Shown piece by piece: positions 9,913 to 21,403 of a stretch of 64,000 nucleotides of DNA (its first letter is position 1; each line of letters starts with the position of its first letter). The DNA is from Acaryochloridaceae cyanobacterium VAR_48_metabat_390. Lineage in GTDB: Bacteria > Cyanobacteriota > Cyanobacteriia > Thermosynechococcales > Thermosynechococcaceae. The stretch is from NCBI GenBank assembly GCA_031422435.1, contig JANPLU010000030.1:1-64000 (forward strand). Reading direction: 5' to 3'. The position numbers and the translations under genes are program-made. Under the pieces are notes generated by a model that saw only the letters and a list, made by a program, of their open reading frames with translations, did not search any database and was not told where the DNA came from.

Positions 9913-12237
9913 CTAGAAGCGTTCACCGAAGCCAAACTGGAAGCGACTGCCGCCATCAATCGTCCAGCCATAGTCAAGGCGAACAGGGCCGATGGGGGTT
10001 TTGACGCGCAGCCCCACGCCGTAGCCTAGTCCATCCCCTGGCTTGCCCCGTACAATTCCAGGCTGACCTGGTACATTACCCTGGGTTCCCAGTAGGGTTC
10101 CATAATCAACAAACAGAACGCCGCCAATACCGCCTAAAAACTTTAGGAGTGGAAAACGATATTCTGCCGAAGCCTGAAGGAAGCTGCGACCGCTGCCAAC
10201 TTCCCCTTCATCGTAGCCCCGAACGGAGGATCCCCCGCCTAGCGTAAACGCTTCATAGGGCGGTAAATCCCCTAAAACGGTTCCCCCCTGAACGTTAAAA
10301 GCAAGTGCCTGTGGTCCCTTGGTAAAGTTGATCAGCTTAACCGGAACAAAATAGCTGTAGCTGGCGCGCAGACGCGTTAGGGTAATGCTGCCTAACCCCA
10401 GGGGAATAGACTGGTCTAAACCCACGCGAAGCACAGAACCCTTGGTTGGGGTCTGTGGATCATTCCGTAAATCTCTGGATATCCCAAGCTGCACCAAGAA
10501 GAGGTCGTCCTGCCCCTTACCGCTAAAGCTTAGATTATTGCCAAAAATGTCAAATTTGGCGATCTTAAAATCATCATCACGGATGGAAATCCGCTGATAC
10601 TGCACCCCAACGGATGCGACCCAGGCTCGAGCAATTTTATCAGGGTCTTTAGTCAGAGGGCGCGCAAAGCTAATGCCTGCACCCAGGCGGTTGACTCGAG
10701 GCGTGATGCCTGTGTCGCCATAAACTTGGACTTCACCATTCGGTGAAATGATGGGATTTGGAACCGCAGGATCTACGTTAGGGTCGCCCAAATTCACATC
10801 TAGGGAGCCGCCATCAAACACTAACGGTCGGGTGAGTCGGTTAAAGAGGTTGACGGTGTAGGACGTGCGGTAGGGGTCTGTGGCAATCCAGGGGTCTGTA
10901 AAGCTAGCGTCAAATAGAAACTCACGGGTTCCAATTTGAAGTTGGGTGTTGAGCTTTTGGTTGTTGCCACCCAAGTTGTTTTGACTATAAGAGGCGGTTC
11001 CAAACAGTCCGCTGTTAGAGCTAAACCCCGCCCCTGCCGAGAAGTTTCCGGTTTTACGCTCTTGCACATTGAGGTTAACCACCACTTTAGAAGGGTCTTG
11101 ACCTGGCTCTAGGGCAACCTGCACATCCTCAAAGAGTCCTAACCCAAAAATGCGGCGCAGATCGGCCTGGAGCTTGTCTCGATTAAGCACGTCTCCTGGC
11201 TTGGTACGCATTTCTCGGGTGACGATGTAGGCTTTTGTTCTACCTTTAGTGGGTTCGCCATCTTTATTTTTGTAGCGAACGTCTATGCTTTCAATAGTGC
11301 CCTCTGAGACCTGAAGCGTGACTACGCCATCCGCGCTAACTTGGGGGGATCCGGTGACTTGACCCAGAACGTAGCCTTTGTCTTGATAAAACTGATTAAT
11401 GGACTTAATGCCCGTTTGCAGATCTCGCAGGTTTAAAATTTTGCCGTACTGTGGCGCAAAGACCTCATCAATTTTTTCTTGCGTCAGGATTTGATTTCCT
11501 GTGGGCTGAACAGACTTTAAAACGGGGTTGGGCTGCACAATGAAGGTAACGCGTACGCCCAAGGGCGTGTCCGATGGCTCTGCACGAACCGCACTAAAGA
11601 AGCCCGTAGCAAAAATGGCGTTGATGTCAACCTGAAGCTGCGATCGCGTGGTGATTAGCCCTGGTCGAGTAGAGATTGCCTCGTAAACCCGATCCATAAG
11701 CTCGCCGTCTACGCCTTCTACTAACACTTCAGAGACCAATACCTGACGTTCAGGGGGCTGAACTTCTTCTGAAGTGGATGGGGGCGTCTCGGTGGGTGTA
11801 GGGGAGACAGTAGGAATTTCAGGGTTTGCTGCTGGCGCTGGCGTAGATGAATCAGATGGAGCCGGAGCCGTCTCGACGGGAAGAGGACTGTCGGCTGCTG
11901 GAGCCGTAGATGGTTCTGGAGCGCTGGGAATTGTTGTTCCTGCCGGCGGAGAATTAGGGGCAACGTTTGACTTAGGAAGCGGAAAAACTTGCGTAGGCTG
12001 CGCTGCGGGGTCAGTGGAGGACTGAGCAATAACCGGTAAATTAGACTGTGAGAGACGAGACGAGAGAAAGCTTTGCTGCGGTGACGGGAGTGCTAAAGAG
12101 GTCGCGGCAGCATCCACTGCTTTAACATTTAAGGCTTTAGAATCAGGGGCTGTTTGTGCAGCCAGAGGTGTTGCTACACCTGCAAAAATAGACAGCGTTA
12201 GTGCTGTCCGAAAGAGCGTTAATGAATAGGAGGTCAT
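9913..12237 (-). CDS. bamA: Omp85/BamA family outer-membrane assembly protein
   Basis: Signal peptide, Pro-rich linker, POTRA region, SVRGY motif, C-terminal FGFGERF; upstream of lpxC. Confidence 0.92.
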   Translation of the reverse strand: MTSYSLTLFRTALTLSIFAGVATPLAAQTAPDSKALNVKAVDAAATSLALPSPQQSFLSSRLSQSNLPVIAQSSTDPAAQPTQVFPLPKSNVAPNSPPAGTTIPSAPEPSTAPAADSPLPVETAPAPSDSSTPAPAANPEIPTVSPTPTETPPSTSEEVQPPERQVLVSEVLVEGVDGELMDRVYEAISTRPGLITTRSQLQVDINAIFATGFFSAVRAEPSDTPLGVRVTFIVQPNPVLKSVQPTGNQILTQEKIDEVFAPQYGKILNLRDLQTGIKSINQFYQDKGYVLGQVTGSPQVSADGVVTLQVSEGTIESIDVRYKNKDGEPTKGRTKAYIVTREMRTKPGDVLNRDKLQADLRRIFGLGLFEDVQVALEPGQDPSKVVVNLNVQERKTGNFSAGAGFSSNSGLFGTASYSQNNLGGNNQKLNTQLQIGTREFLFDASFTDPWIATDPYRTSYTVNLFNRLTRPLVFDGGSLDVNLGDPNVDPAVPNPIISPNGEVQVYGDTGITPRVNRLGAGISFARPLTKDPDKIARAWVASVGVQYQRISIRDDDFKIAKFDIFGNNLSFSGKGQDDLFLVQLGISRDLRNDPQTPTKGSVLRVGLDQSIPLGLGSITLTRLRASYSYFVPVKLINFTKGPQALAFNVQGGTVLGDLPPYEAFTLGGGSSVRGYDEGEVGSGRSFLQASAEYRFPLLKFLGGIGGVLFVDYGTLLGTQGNVPGQPGIVRGKPGDGLGYGVGLRVKTPIGPVRLDYGWTIDGGSRFQFGFGERF

Positions 12238-12371
12238 AAATTGGTAGGTCTCTTGCGCCACTTCACACACCACAGACAACAGCGTTAATTAAAATCTAGA
12301 GCCACGTTTTTGGAGCGATGCTGCCTTGCTAGACTCCAAGGAGGGATTGTAGCGTACCGTCTACTCTCCCA

Positions 12372-13106
12372 CTAGACGGTCTGTGACAGTACGCGTTCCA
12401 TCACCTGAGCATAGGCTTGCTCTACATCTCCTAGATCTTGTCGAAATCGATCTTTATCCAGCACTCGTGCCGCCGTATCGGTGGCAGCCTGATCCCAAAG
12501 ACGGCAGGTGTCTGGGCTGATTTCATCGGCCAGTAAAAGCTGCTGGTGAGAATCAAACCCAAATTCCAGCTTGAAATCTACCAAAGTGATGTCGCAGCTT
12601 TGGAAAAATTCAGTCAGAATTTGGTTGATGCTGAGGGCCATCTGCCGCAACTGGTCAATCTGACCTGCGGTTGCGAGGCGCAGCAGCAAAATCCGATCAG
12701 GGCTGAGCATCGGGTCGCCTAGGGCATCATCTTTGTAATAAAAATCGACTAGAGCAAAGGGCAAGACAGTACCTAATGTGAGTCCTGTCTGTTGACAGAG
12801 ACTCCCTGCCGCAATGTTCCTGACAACCACTTCTATCGGAATAATGGAGACGGCCTTGACCCGCATTTCGTTGGCGCTGGGCTGGTCAATGAAGTGGGTG
12901 GAGATGCCATTAGACGCTAATTTCTTGAATAAATGGGATGAAATAGCGCAGTTCATTGCGCCTTTGCCAATAATTTGCCCTTTTTTCTGGGCATTGAAGG
13001 CGGTTGCGTCATCTTTGAAGTATGAGAGCAAAACTTCGGGATTATCCGTGGGGTAAATAATTTTTGCTTTCCCTTCGTAAAGGGGTGTAACGGCAGACAT
13101 AGGCAA
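12372..13106 (-). CDS. purC: SAICAR synthetase
   Basis: LYEGKAK, FKDDATAFN, LVDFKLEFG, DEISPDTCRLWD. Confidence 0.97.
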   Translation of the reverse strand: MPMSAVTPLYEGKAKIIYPTDNPEVLLSYFKDDATAFNAQKKGQIIGKGAMNCAISSHLFKKLASNGISTHFIDQPSANEMRVKAVSIIPIEVVVRNIAAGSLCQQTGLTLGTVLPFALVDFYYKDDALGDPMLSPDRILLLRLATAGQIDQLRQMALSINQILTEFFQSCDITLVDFKLEFGFDSHQQLLLADEISPDTCRLWDQAATDTAARVLDKDRFRQDLGDVEQAYAQVMERVLSQTV

Positions 13107-13163
13107 AGGGACATCAAAGGGCTGGGCTAAATGCGCTCAATCATTCTATAGTTCATTGAGATT

Positions 13164-14003
13164 TTATGGCGTTCCTAAATCTTTGAGAAAGGGAAGAAAC
13201 TGATCAACCCACTGCGATCGCGACACGACCAACGTTGGGAATGCCTGCTGCCCATAGTTTTTGCCCACCGTTAGCGGAAATAAAGTCTGACCGTCTAGCG
13301 TGACCCACGTTGCCCCTGCGGCCTGGGCAATGGGCCAAACCCCCGCAATATCCCAAATTTTAGGGGTTGCTTCGACCGAGCCTAGGGTAATACCTGCCGC
13401 TACGGTCAAAAAGTTATAGCAGGAGCTGCCTAACATCCGGATTTTGCATGGGAACGGATGGCGAAAATACTGGATGCTACGCGCACAAAAGCTAAAGAAC
13501 TGGTTAGCGCCAGGGGCATCGGCGCGGGTATGGATTGGCTTGTCGTTGAGAAATGCACCGTTGACCTGATTGGGTGCTGACCAAAACCCGTGAAAACGCT
13601 GGTTCAGCGTTGGCAGATAAATGTAGCCAAATACGGGCGTGCCCTGATACAGCAGCCCTAGGGAAATCGCCCACAGCGGGATGCCTTGCGTAAAGTTTGT
13701 GGTGCCATCAATGGGGTCAATGACCCAACACCAGTCTGTGTTGGGCAAAACATGCGCCACTTCTTCACTCAAAACGCCGTGGGTGGGGAACTGACGGGCG
13801 ATCGCCTCTCGTAGCGCCAAATCTGCCCACTGATCGGAGGGTGTGACCAAACTGCCATCTTCTTTTTCTTGTGCCTGCATCTGCCCAAAATCTTTGAGAA
13901 GCTGCTTGCCCACCTCACTGGTCGTAGATTTAGCAAAGGCCACAACTGTTGACCAAAATGCCTGCATCTCGGGGTCTTTTCTGATGCCGCTATTAGAGTC
14001 CAT
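13164..14003 (-). CDS. Inositol monophosphatase family protein
   Basis: SEE, WVIDPIDGTTNF, WDIAG motifs. Confidence 0.9.
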   Translation of the reverse strand: MDSNSGIRKDPEMQAFWSTVVAFAKSTTSEVGKQLLKDFGQMQAQEKEDGSLVTPSDQWADLALREAIARQFPTHGVLSEEVAHVLPNTDWCWVIDPIDGTTNFTQGIPLWAISLGLLYQGTPVFGYIYLPTLNQRFHGFWSAPNQVNGAFLNDKPIHTRADAPGANQFFSFCARSIQYFRHPFPCKIRMLGSSCYNFLTVAAGITLGSVEATPKIWDIAGVWPIAQAAGATWVTLDGQTLFPLTVGKNYGQQAFPTLVVSRSQWVDQFLPFLKDLGTP

Positions 14004-15792
14004 AAAGCCACACAATGAGCAACGGAGTCAGGATGGTCAAAATGAGGTTGAGGGGTGCCCCAACGCGGGTAAAGTCCAAAAACTTATAGCCCCCTGGCCC
14101 ATAGACCATTGTGTTGGTCTGGTAGCCGATAGGCGTGAGGTAGCTATTAGAAGCAGCAAAAGTCACGGCGTAGATAAAGGCCAAAGGGTTTAAGCCCAGG
14201 GTTTTGGCAACTTCCGCCGCAACGGGAATCATCAATACCACGGCGGCGTTGTTGGACAAAATTTCGGTCAAAAGCGTGGTGGCAATGTAGAAAAACACCA
14301 GCACCCAAAAGCCAGAGAGATGACCGCCCACGCTTAAGAGCTGAGATGCCAACCACTTGGTCGCACCGGACTTATCCATGGCGGTGCCCAAAGGCAGCAG
14401 CCCCGCCAACAAAAAAATGATGTCCCAGCGCACTGCGCCATAGATTTCACCAGGCTTTAGGCAGCCCGTGATCACCATCAGCGCTACGCCGAGTAAGGCA
14501 CTGACTAAAATGGGCATCCAGTTAAAGGCCGATACTACAATCACGCCCAAGGTAATGGCGATCGCCATCCATGCCTTATCAGGGCGCAGGTTTTCGACAT
14601 CCCGTGGCTCCATGACCAGCAATTCTCGGCTGGTCTGTAGACCCTTAAAGCTTTCCTTTGGACCTTGCACCAACAGCAGATCGCCAAATTTGAGTGGAGT
14701 TTTACCGAGACGCTCTCGCAGCAGCTCTTCTCCTCGTCGGATTGCCAGAACCGTGGCGTTGTAGCGCTGTCGGAACCGCAGATCTTTAATGGTTGCGCCC
14801 ACCAGCCGCGAATTTGACAAAATTAAAACTTCGGCCACTTCTTCTTCGCTAGAGTTTAGCTCAGCATCCAGCTCTAGCTTGCCAAATTTTACATCTGGCA
14901 CAATGTCCAAACCCTTCTCATCTCGAATGTTGAGCAGTTCTTGGCGCCCGCCCCGCACCAGCAAAATATCTCCTGCCAGCAGCTTTTTATCTGCCACTGG
15001 CGGGGGGAAATGACTGCCATCTCGAATGAGTTCTAAAACGTCAACGTCAAACTTCCGCTGAACTTCGCTAGATCGCAAAGTTTGACCAATCAACACGGAG
15101 CGAGGTGCAATGACGACTTCGCTTACGTAGTCTTTAAGGCCATACCCTTCTAAGTCACCGGAAGATGACTTGCGATCGGGCAATAGCTTAGGGGCAAACA
15201 GGGCGAGATAGGCTAGCCCCACGGCAAAGGTAATTAGCCCTAAGCTGGTGAACTGAAACAGGCCAAATTCGCCATAGCCCAGCTTTTTAGAAACGCCGCT
15301 CGCTAAAATATTCGTCGAGGTACCAATCAGCGTAATCATGCCCCCCAGCACTGTGGCGTAAGAGAGCGGAATCAGGAGTTTAGACGACGAAATCCCCTGC
15401 TTTTTGCACCAGTCTTCAACGATAGGCAAAAAAACTGCCACCACCGCCGTGTTGTTAATAAAGGCGGTGATAGGGCCGACAACCAACCCCAAAATTAAGA
15501 TTTGCTGGTTTGCGTTTTTACCGCCCCATTTAAGCAGCCAATCTCGCACCACCAAAATGACGCCCGTGCGCGAAACCCCCGCACTCAAGATAAACATCGC
15601 CATAACAGTGATGGTGGCGGTATTGCCAAAGCCTGCCACGCCTTCTTCTGGTGTGACTAAGCCCAGCACAATGAGGGCGATCGCCACAAATAGCGCCGTC
15701 AAATCAACAGGGAACCACTCCGCCACAAAGGCGATCAGGGCAACGATCAAAACGCCGAGGGTCAAAAAAATAGGGTCTTGCAGGAACGTCAT
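13993..15792 (-). CDS. SLC13/DASS family permease with two TrkA-C domains
   Basis: Multiple TM helices, TLIGTSTN, TPIGYQTN, central RCK-C repeats. Confidence 0.9.
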   Translation of the reverse strand: MTFLQDPIFLTLGVLIVALIAFVAEWFPVDLTALFVAIALIVLGLVTPEEGVAGFGNTATITVMAMFILSAGVSRTGVILVVRDWLLKWGGKNANQQILILGLVVGPITAFINNTAVVAVFLPIVEDWCKKQGISSSKLLIPLSYATVLGGMITLIGTSTNILASGVSKKLGYGEFGLFQFTSLGLITFAVGLAYLALFAPKLLPDRKSSSGDLEGYGLKDYVSEVVIAPRSVLIGQTLRSSEVQRKFDVDVLELIRDGSHFPPPVADKKLLAGDILLVRGGRQELLNIRDEKGLDIVPDVKFGKLELDAELNSSEEEVAEVLILSNSRLVGATIKDLRFRQRYNATVLAIRRGEELLRERLGKTPLKFGDLLLVQGPKESFKGLQTSRELLVMEPRDVENLRPDKAWMAIAITLGVIVVSAFNWMPILVSALLGVALMVITGCLKPGEIYGAVRWDIIFLLAGLLPLGTAMDKSGATKWLASQLLSVGGHLSGFWVLVFFYIATTLLTEILSNNAAVVLMIPVAAEVAKTLGLNPLAFIYAVTFAASNSYLTPIGYQTNTMVYGPGGYKFLDFTRVGAPLNLILTILTPLLIVWLYGL

Positions 15793-15931
15793 GGGCGACC
15801 ATTAATCCTCTAGTGCCTGAAAATAAACAGGAGTATGCAAGGCGAGTTTAGCTGATACCGTGCTAGACAATCCCAACTTTATCGGCAAAACCTGCCTTAC
15901 TAAACGCAGAGGTTGTTTATTCTGCGATCGC

Positions 15932-16657
15932 CTACTGATAATTCACGACCCTGCCAAAGCTATCTGCCGTTAGACTGGCTCCACCCACTAAGGCACCATC
16001 AATTTCGGGCTGTGCCATCAGCTCATCCACGTTGGTCGCATTCACTGAACCGCCATACTGAATCGTCACATCAGGATTTTTTAAGCGACTCCGAATGAGT
16101 CCAATCACGCGATTGGCTTCCGCCGCCGCACAGGTGTCTCCCGTTCCAATGGCCCAAATCGGCTCATAGGCAATAATGAGATGGGTTTGATCAACCCCGA
16201 CTAACCCCTGCTCAATCTGTTCAAACAGATGAGATTCCGTTTCTCCTGCATCTCGCTGCGCTTTGGTTTCACCGACGCACAAAATCGGCGTTAAGCGATT
16301 CTTTTGGGCTGCTTTGAGCCGCAGGTTAACGGTTTCATTGGTTTCCCCAAAATATTGACGGCGTTCGCTATGACCCACCACCACAAAACGCACCCCAATT
16401 TCAGTTAGCATTGCGCCCGCAATTTCTCCGGTGTAGGCTCCTGAATCTTCCCAGTGGATATTTTGGGCACCCACCTGCACGCGACTCCCGTGCAGGTTTT
16501 TAGACATTGAGGGGAGCGTGGTGAAAGGCGCACACAAAATAATGTCTCGGTCTTCGGGGACAGTTTCTAAGGTCGGAAGAAAAGCCTGCAAAAACTCCAG
16601 GGCTTCTGCCTGAGTTTTGTACATTTTCCAGTTGCCAGCGATCGCTACTTTGCGCAC
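15932..16657 (-). CDS. tpiA: Triosephosphate isomerase
   Basis: [30 protein letters not shown]. Confidence 0.98.
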   Translation of the reverse strand: MRKVAIAGNWKMYKTQAEALEFLQAFLPTLETVPEDRDIILCAPFTTLPSMSKNLHGSRVQVGAQNIHWEDSGAYTGEIAGAMLTEIGVRFVVVGHSERRQYFGETNETVNLRLKAAQKNRLTPILCVGETKAQRDAGETESHLFEQIEQGLVGVDQTHLIIAYEPIWAIGTGDTCAAAEANRVIGLIRSRLKNPDVTIQYGGSVNATNVDELMAQPEIDGALVGGASLTADSFGRVVNYQ

Positions 16658-16839
16658 GGTTCGTTATCAAAAAAGACATTAAGGGGATCTTAAAGAAAGC
16701 TCTCAACGGTTTAGAGCCTTAACCCTGATAGGGTTTACTCTTGGCACGTTGATTCTTAAAACCTTCAATTAGTTTAAGGGGTTGTGGTTCTATTTGTATC
16801 TTTGCTCCTCTGCTTAGGCGGTAGAATCCGGTATTCTAA

Positions 16840-18168
<1,329 letters not shown>

Positions 18169-18327
18169 GCAAGACTCAGAATAATGCTGATCTGATCATC
18201 AACGGTAACTAAAACCCAAGAACGTAAAAAGGTAGATCAATATCGTAATTCTCTATGCATAGATGCATGAACGGGTCAAGTGCTAGGTTTATAGACTTTT
18301 TCTACACCAAAAAAGCGTAATTTCAGA

Positions 18328-18343
18328 TGTATTGAGCAATACA
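18328..18343. promoter_or_regulatory. Candidate NtcA-binding site
   Basis: TGTA-TTGAGCAA-TACA matches GTA-N8-TAC; lies in the intergenic region upstream of the PatA-like gene. Confidence 0.5.
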
Positions 18344-18671
18344 AAAGATAGAAAAATCGCCTGATTAGCGCTGATTGAGGAATTGGCTGTACAGATGCAG
18401 AAAAATCTTCTAAGATAGAAACTTAATATTAATTTAATTATTCACTTAACTTTCAAAGAGTAGTTTTCATTGCCTAGTTAGAAACAGAAAGACACGTGTC
18501 CACAGTGCGGCGTACATGCTGCCATAGATGCATTACTTAGATACATAGACAGGCGGTAGAGAAAAGCAGCACCAAGCTTTTTTTGAGCATCAACTCTTCT
18601 ACGTTGAGCGGAAAGCATTAGCACTGCCCCTGCATTCTTGCAGGCTAATTATAAAACTGTTGGGGGAATAC

Positions 18672-19838
18672 ATGAAAGAGGTCGGATTCCTGTTGGCTAG
18701 AGATAGACAGCAGCTTGTTCTGGTGGATCAGCCTGTAGAGACGGAGCTAGAAATATCTTTTGGGCTAGACTCACCCATTCGGGTGCTACACCGCATGATT
18801 TTGACCCAGGGTTCTGGAAAAATCAGCATCTCAGACCCCCACGATCCGTCTATACTTTGGCAGATTTTTATTGGGAATGGGCAAATTCATTTTGCGACCT
18901 GCTTGGTGGGTCAGCGTGAACGTCTTAACTACTGTCTCAATAGTGCTGGCATCATACTGTCGTCTGAAGACCCAAAAACAACGGACTATCAATTTTTGTG
19001 TGCGCAATGGCAAATGGGAAAAATTACCCTTGCGCAACTGCGTAACGTTTTAATCATCATTACTCAAGATTCTCTCCTTCAGGTTCTTAAGCTTTCTCAA
19101 GCCAAGATTCGAGTGGATCGGCAATTGGGCTTAGACCCGCTGCTGATGTCAGTCCCTATTGTTAAGCTACTGTCTCCCATTCTGGCATCGCTGCGTCAGT
19201 GGCAAACTGCGTTGCCAGAAGTTCTTTCTCCACTCCAGAGACCTATGATTCAGGATTTGGCACGGTGGCACCAAATGCTTCGTATGCCTGGGCAGGCTAT
19301 CCCCCACTTACATCTGCTTCAGCCGTTTTTAGGTCAGAACTTTTGTCTTTACCAAATTGCGCAAGAAATGGATGTTGATCTCGGTAAGATCGTGCCCTTG
19401 CTTCAATCTTTGGTGCAGCGTGAGTTGATTACAATGCAGCCTTACCATACTCCGCAAATACACAGTCTAAAGCCTACCATCGTCTGTATTGATGCCAATG
19501 CTGAGGTTCAGGCAAACGTAAAAAAAGCGTTAGAGCCACAGGGATATGAGGTTGTCTCGCTGATGGAGCCAACCCAAGTTTGGTCAACGTTAGTGCAGCG
19601 TCAGCCTCAAGTACTGCTGCTGGATGTAGATTATTTTGATGGCTATAGCTTTGTAAAGGCGCTGTCTCGATCTGAGCGGTTTAAGGCAATGCCTGTCGTA
19701 GCGCTGACTGAGCATCAGGGAATTGTCCATCGGCTTTGGGCGCGACGATCTGGCGCGATGGATTGTGTTGCTAAATCCTTTGAGCCGGAGGTCTTACAGC
19801 ATCTAGTACAGCAGGTGGCGACAGCTATTGCTGCATAG
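18672..19838 (+). CDS. PatA-family response regulator (PATAN-like N-terminus, C-terminal receiver)
   Basis: WQIFIGNGQIHFA...ERL PATAN-like motif; receiver with LLLDVD, ALT, AKSFEP. Confidence 0.8.
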   Translation: MKEVGFLLARDRQQLVLVDQPVETELEISFGLDSPIRVLHRMILTQGSGKISISDPHDPSILWQIFIGNGQIHFATCLVGQRERLNYCLNSAGIILSSEDPKTTDYQFLCAQWQMGKITLAQLRNVLIIITQDSLLQVLKLSQAKIRVDRQLGLDPLLMSVPIVKLLSPILASLRQWQTALPEVLSPLQRPMIQDLARWHQMLRMPGQAIPHLHLLQPFLGQNFCLYQIAQEMDVDLGKIVPLLQSLVQRELITMQPYHTPQIHSLKPTIVCIDANAEVQANVKKALEPQGYEVVSLMEPTQVWSTLVQRQPQVLLLDVDYFDGYSFVKALSRSERFKAMPVVALTEHQGIVHRLWARRSGAMDCVAKSFEPEVLQHLVQQVATAIAA

Positions 19839-20712
19839 CGGCAGCTTCGGTGGCTAAAATTGCCTGTAGTCCCTCCCGATAGCTGGGATAGGCTAATTGC
19901 ACGCCTAGCACCTGCTTAATTTTGTGGTTTCGGATGCGGCGACATTCGCTCCAAAAAGAGGCTGCCATTGGGCTAAGGCTTACCTGACTGTACAGTTTGG
20001 CAGCGGGGGGCACAATATTGAGCAGTGTGGCTGCTTCTTTGAGCAAGTCTCCTGATTCTGAGGGTTCGTCATCGGCGACGTTATAGATAGCGCCAGGATG
20101 GGGCGATCTCATAGATTTCCAAAGCGTCTGCACAATATCATCCACATGAATGCGGCTAAACACATGACCTGGCTTATAAATATGCTGTGCCCTGCCTGCG
20201 CGCAGCTTATCGAAAATACTGCGGCCTGGACCATAGATGCCAGGGAGCCGAAAAATGTGGGCAGGTAAGCCTGAGGTTAAAAACGTGGCTTCAATGGTGA
20301 CACGATGCTGCGATCGCACATTTTGAGGGTTCACTGCACTTTCTTCATCCACCCATGCGCCTTGAGTATCGCCATAAACGCCCGTTGTCGAGAGATAGCC
20401 AAACCACTGCAAATGGGCGCTGCTTTTAAGCAGAGGCATTAGGCTAGCTGCCACTGGGTCAATGCCCTGGCTATCGGGGGCAATGGTGCTGAGCACATGG
20501 GTCACGTTCTCTAAAGCGGTAGCAGATAGCGGTACTGCATCAAAACCAGTGGCGCAAATAAAGGGAAATATCGGGATGCTTAGGTCTTGAATAGAGGCTC
20601 CCGTTCGATTGGTTGCTGTCACTTCTATCTGCTGATGCGTAAGCCATTGCGCTAATCGCTGTCCTGTATATCCGCAGCCAAGAATTAAAACCTTCATGAA
20701 ATTATGGGTCAA
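19825..20712 (-). CDS. NAD-dependent epimerase/SDR family oxidoreductase
   Basis: ILGCGYTG, YLSTTGVYG, RLPGIYGPGR, RIHVDDI. Confidence 0.9.
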   Translation of the reverse strand: MTHNFMKVLILGCGYTGQRLAQWLTHQQIEVTATNRTGASIQDLSIPIFPFICATGFDAVPLSATALENVTHVLSTIAPDSQGIDPVAASLMPLLKSSAHLQWFGYLSTTGVYGDTQGAWVDEESAVNPQNVRSQHRVTIEATFLTSGLPAHIFRLPGIYGPGRSIFDKLRAGRAQHIYKPGHVFSRIHVDDIVQTLWKSMRSPHPGAIYNVADDEPSESGDLLKEAATLLNIVPPAAKLYSQVSLSPMAASFWSECRRIRNHKIKQVLGVQLAYPSYREGLQAILATEAAAMQQ

Positions 20713-20734
20713 TGAATGGGGTCAATCAGTAACG

Positions 20735-21304
20735 TTAGCGACCCAGATTACCGGGTAAAGGCGTCGTCGAAGGGGGTGGGGGCGGCACAAACGTTGCGTT
20801 AGGGCTGGGTTGAACGGGAAGCCCTGAACTATTGTTTGGCAAACTATTGGGTAAACTGCTGGGCAATCTGCCCGGAGCAGCGGGCGGCAGGGTTGGAATT
20901 GAGTCAGAAGGCGTTGCGGGAAGCTGCGGGATGACAGGATTGGTATAGCTTGGCAGTGGCAGCATGGAAGGCTGTTCGGGAACTGGCAGCGGTGCGAGTG
21001 GCTGAGGCGTTGGGGCTGGTTTTTGGGACAAAAGATACCATAGGCCAATGCCAATGCTAATTACGGCGGCGGTAACAACGCTCAAAAATAGAGAGCGAGA
21101 CGCCATCTCGTTTTGACGAATCAGTTCGTCAGTATAGAGACGATCTTCATCTTGGGTAATGAAAGATGCATCAGCAGACTCTGAGTGTGCAGGAATTGTT
21201 GCTGGCGGGATCTGCTCGAGTTCAAACGCGTCTAAATCAAGTTCTTCTGTGAACAACTCGTAGGGATCGTATTCTTGGGAAGAATCAGGTTCAGGGTGAG
21301 TCAT
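20735..21304 (-). CDS. Hypothetical single-TM protein, acidic N-terminus and Pro-rich C-terminus
   Basis: ORF composition; one hydrophobic segment. Confidence 0.7.
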   Translation of the reverse strand: MTHPEPDSSQEYDPYELFTEELDLDAFELEQIPPATIPAHSESADASFITQDEDRLYTDELIRQNEMASRSLFLSVVTAAVISIGIGLWYLLSQKPAPTPQPLAPLPVPEQPSMLPLPSYTNPVIPQLPATPSDSIPTLPPAAPGRLPSSLPNSLPNNSSGLPVQPSPNATFVPPPPPSTTPLPGNLGR

Positions 21305-21403
21305 GACGCTAGGGTGAGCTTATCTGAGTTAAGGATAGCGGTTTAGGGGTGAATTGATGCACCCAGATTGATGAGAGTGGCGAAATTTTGAGGGAGATCT
21401 GCC

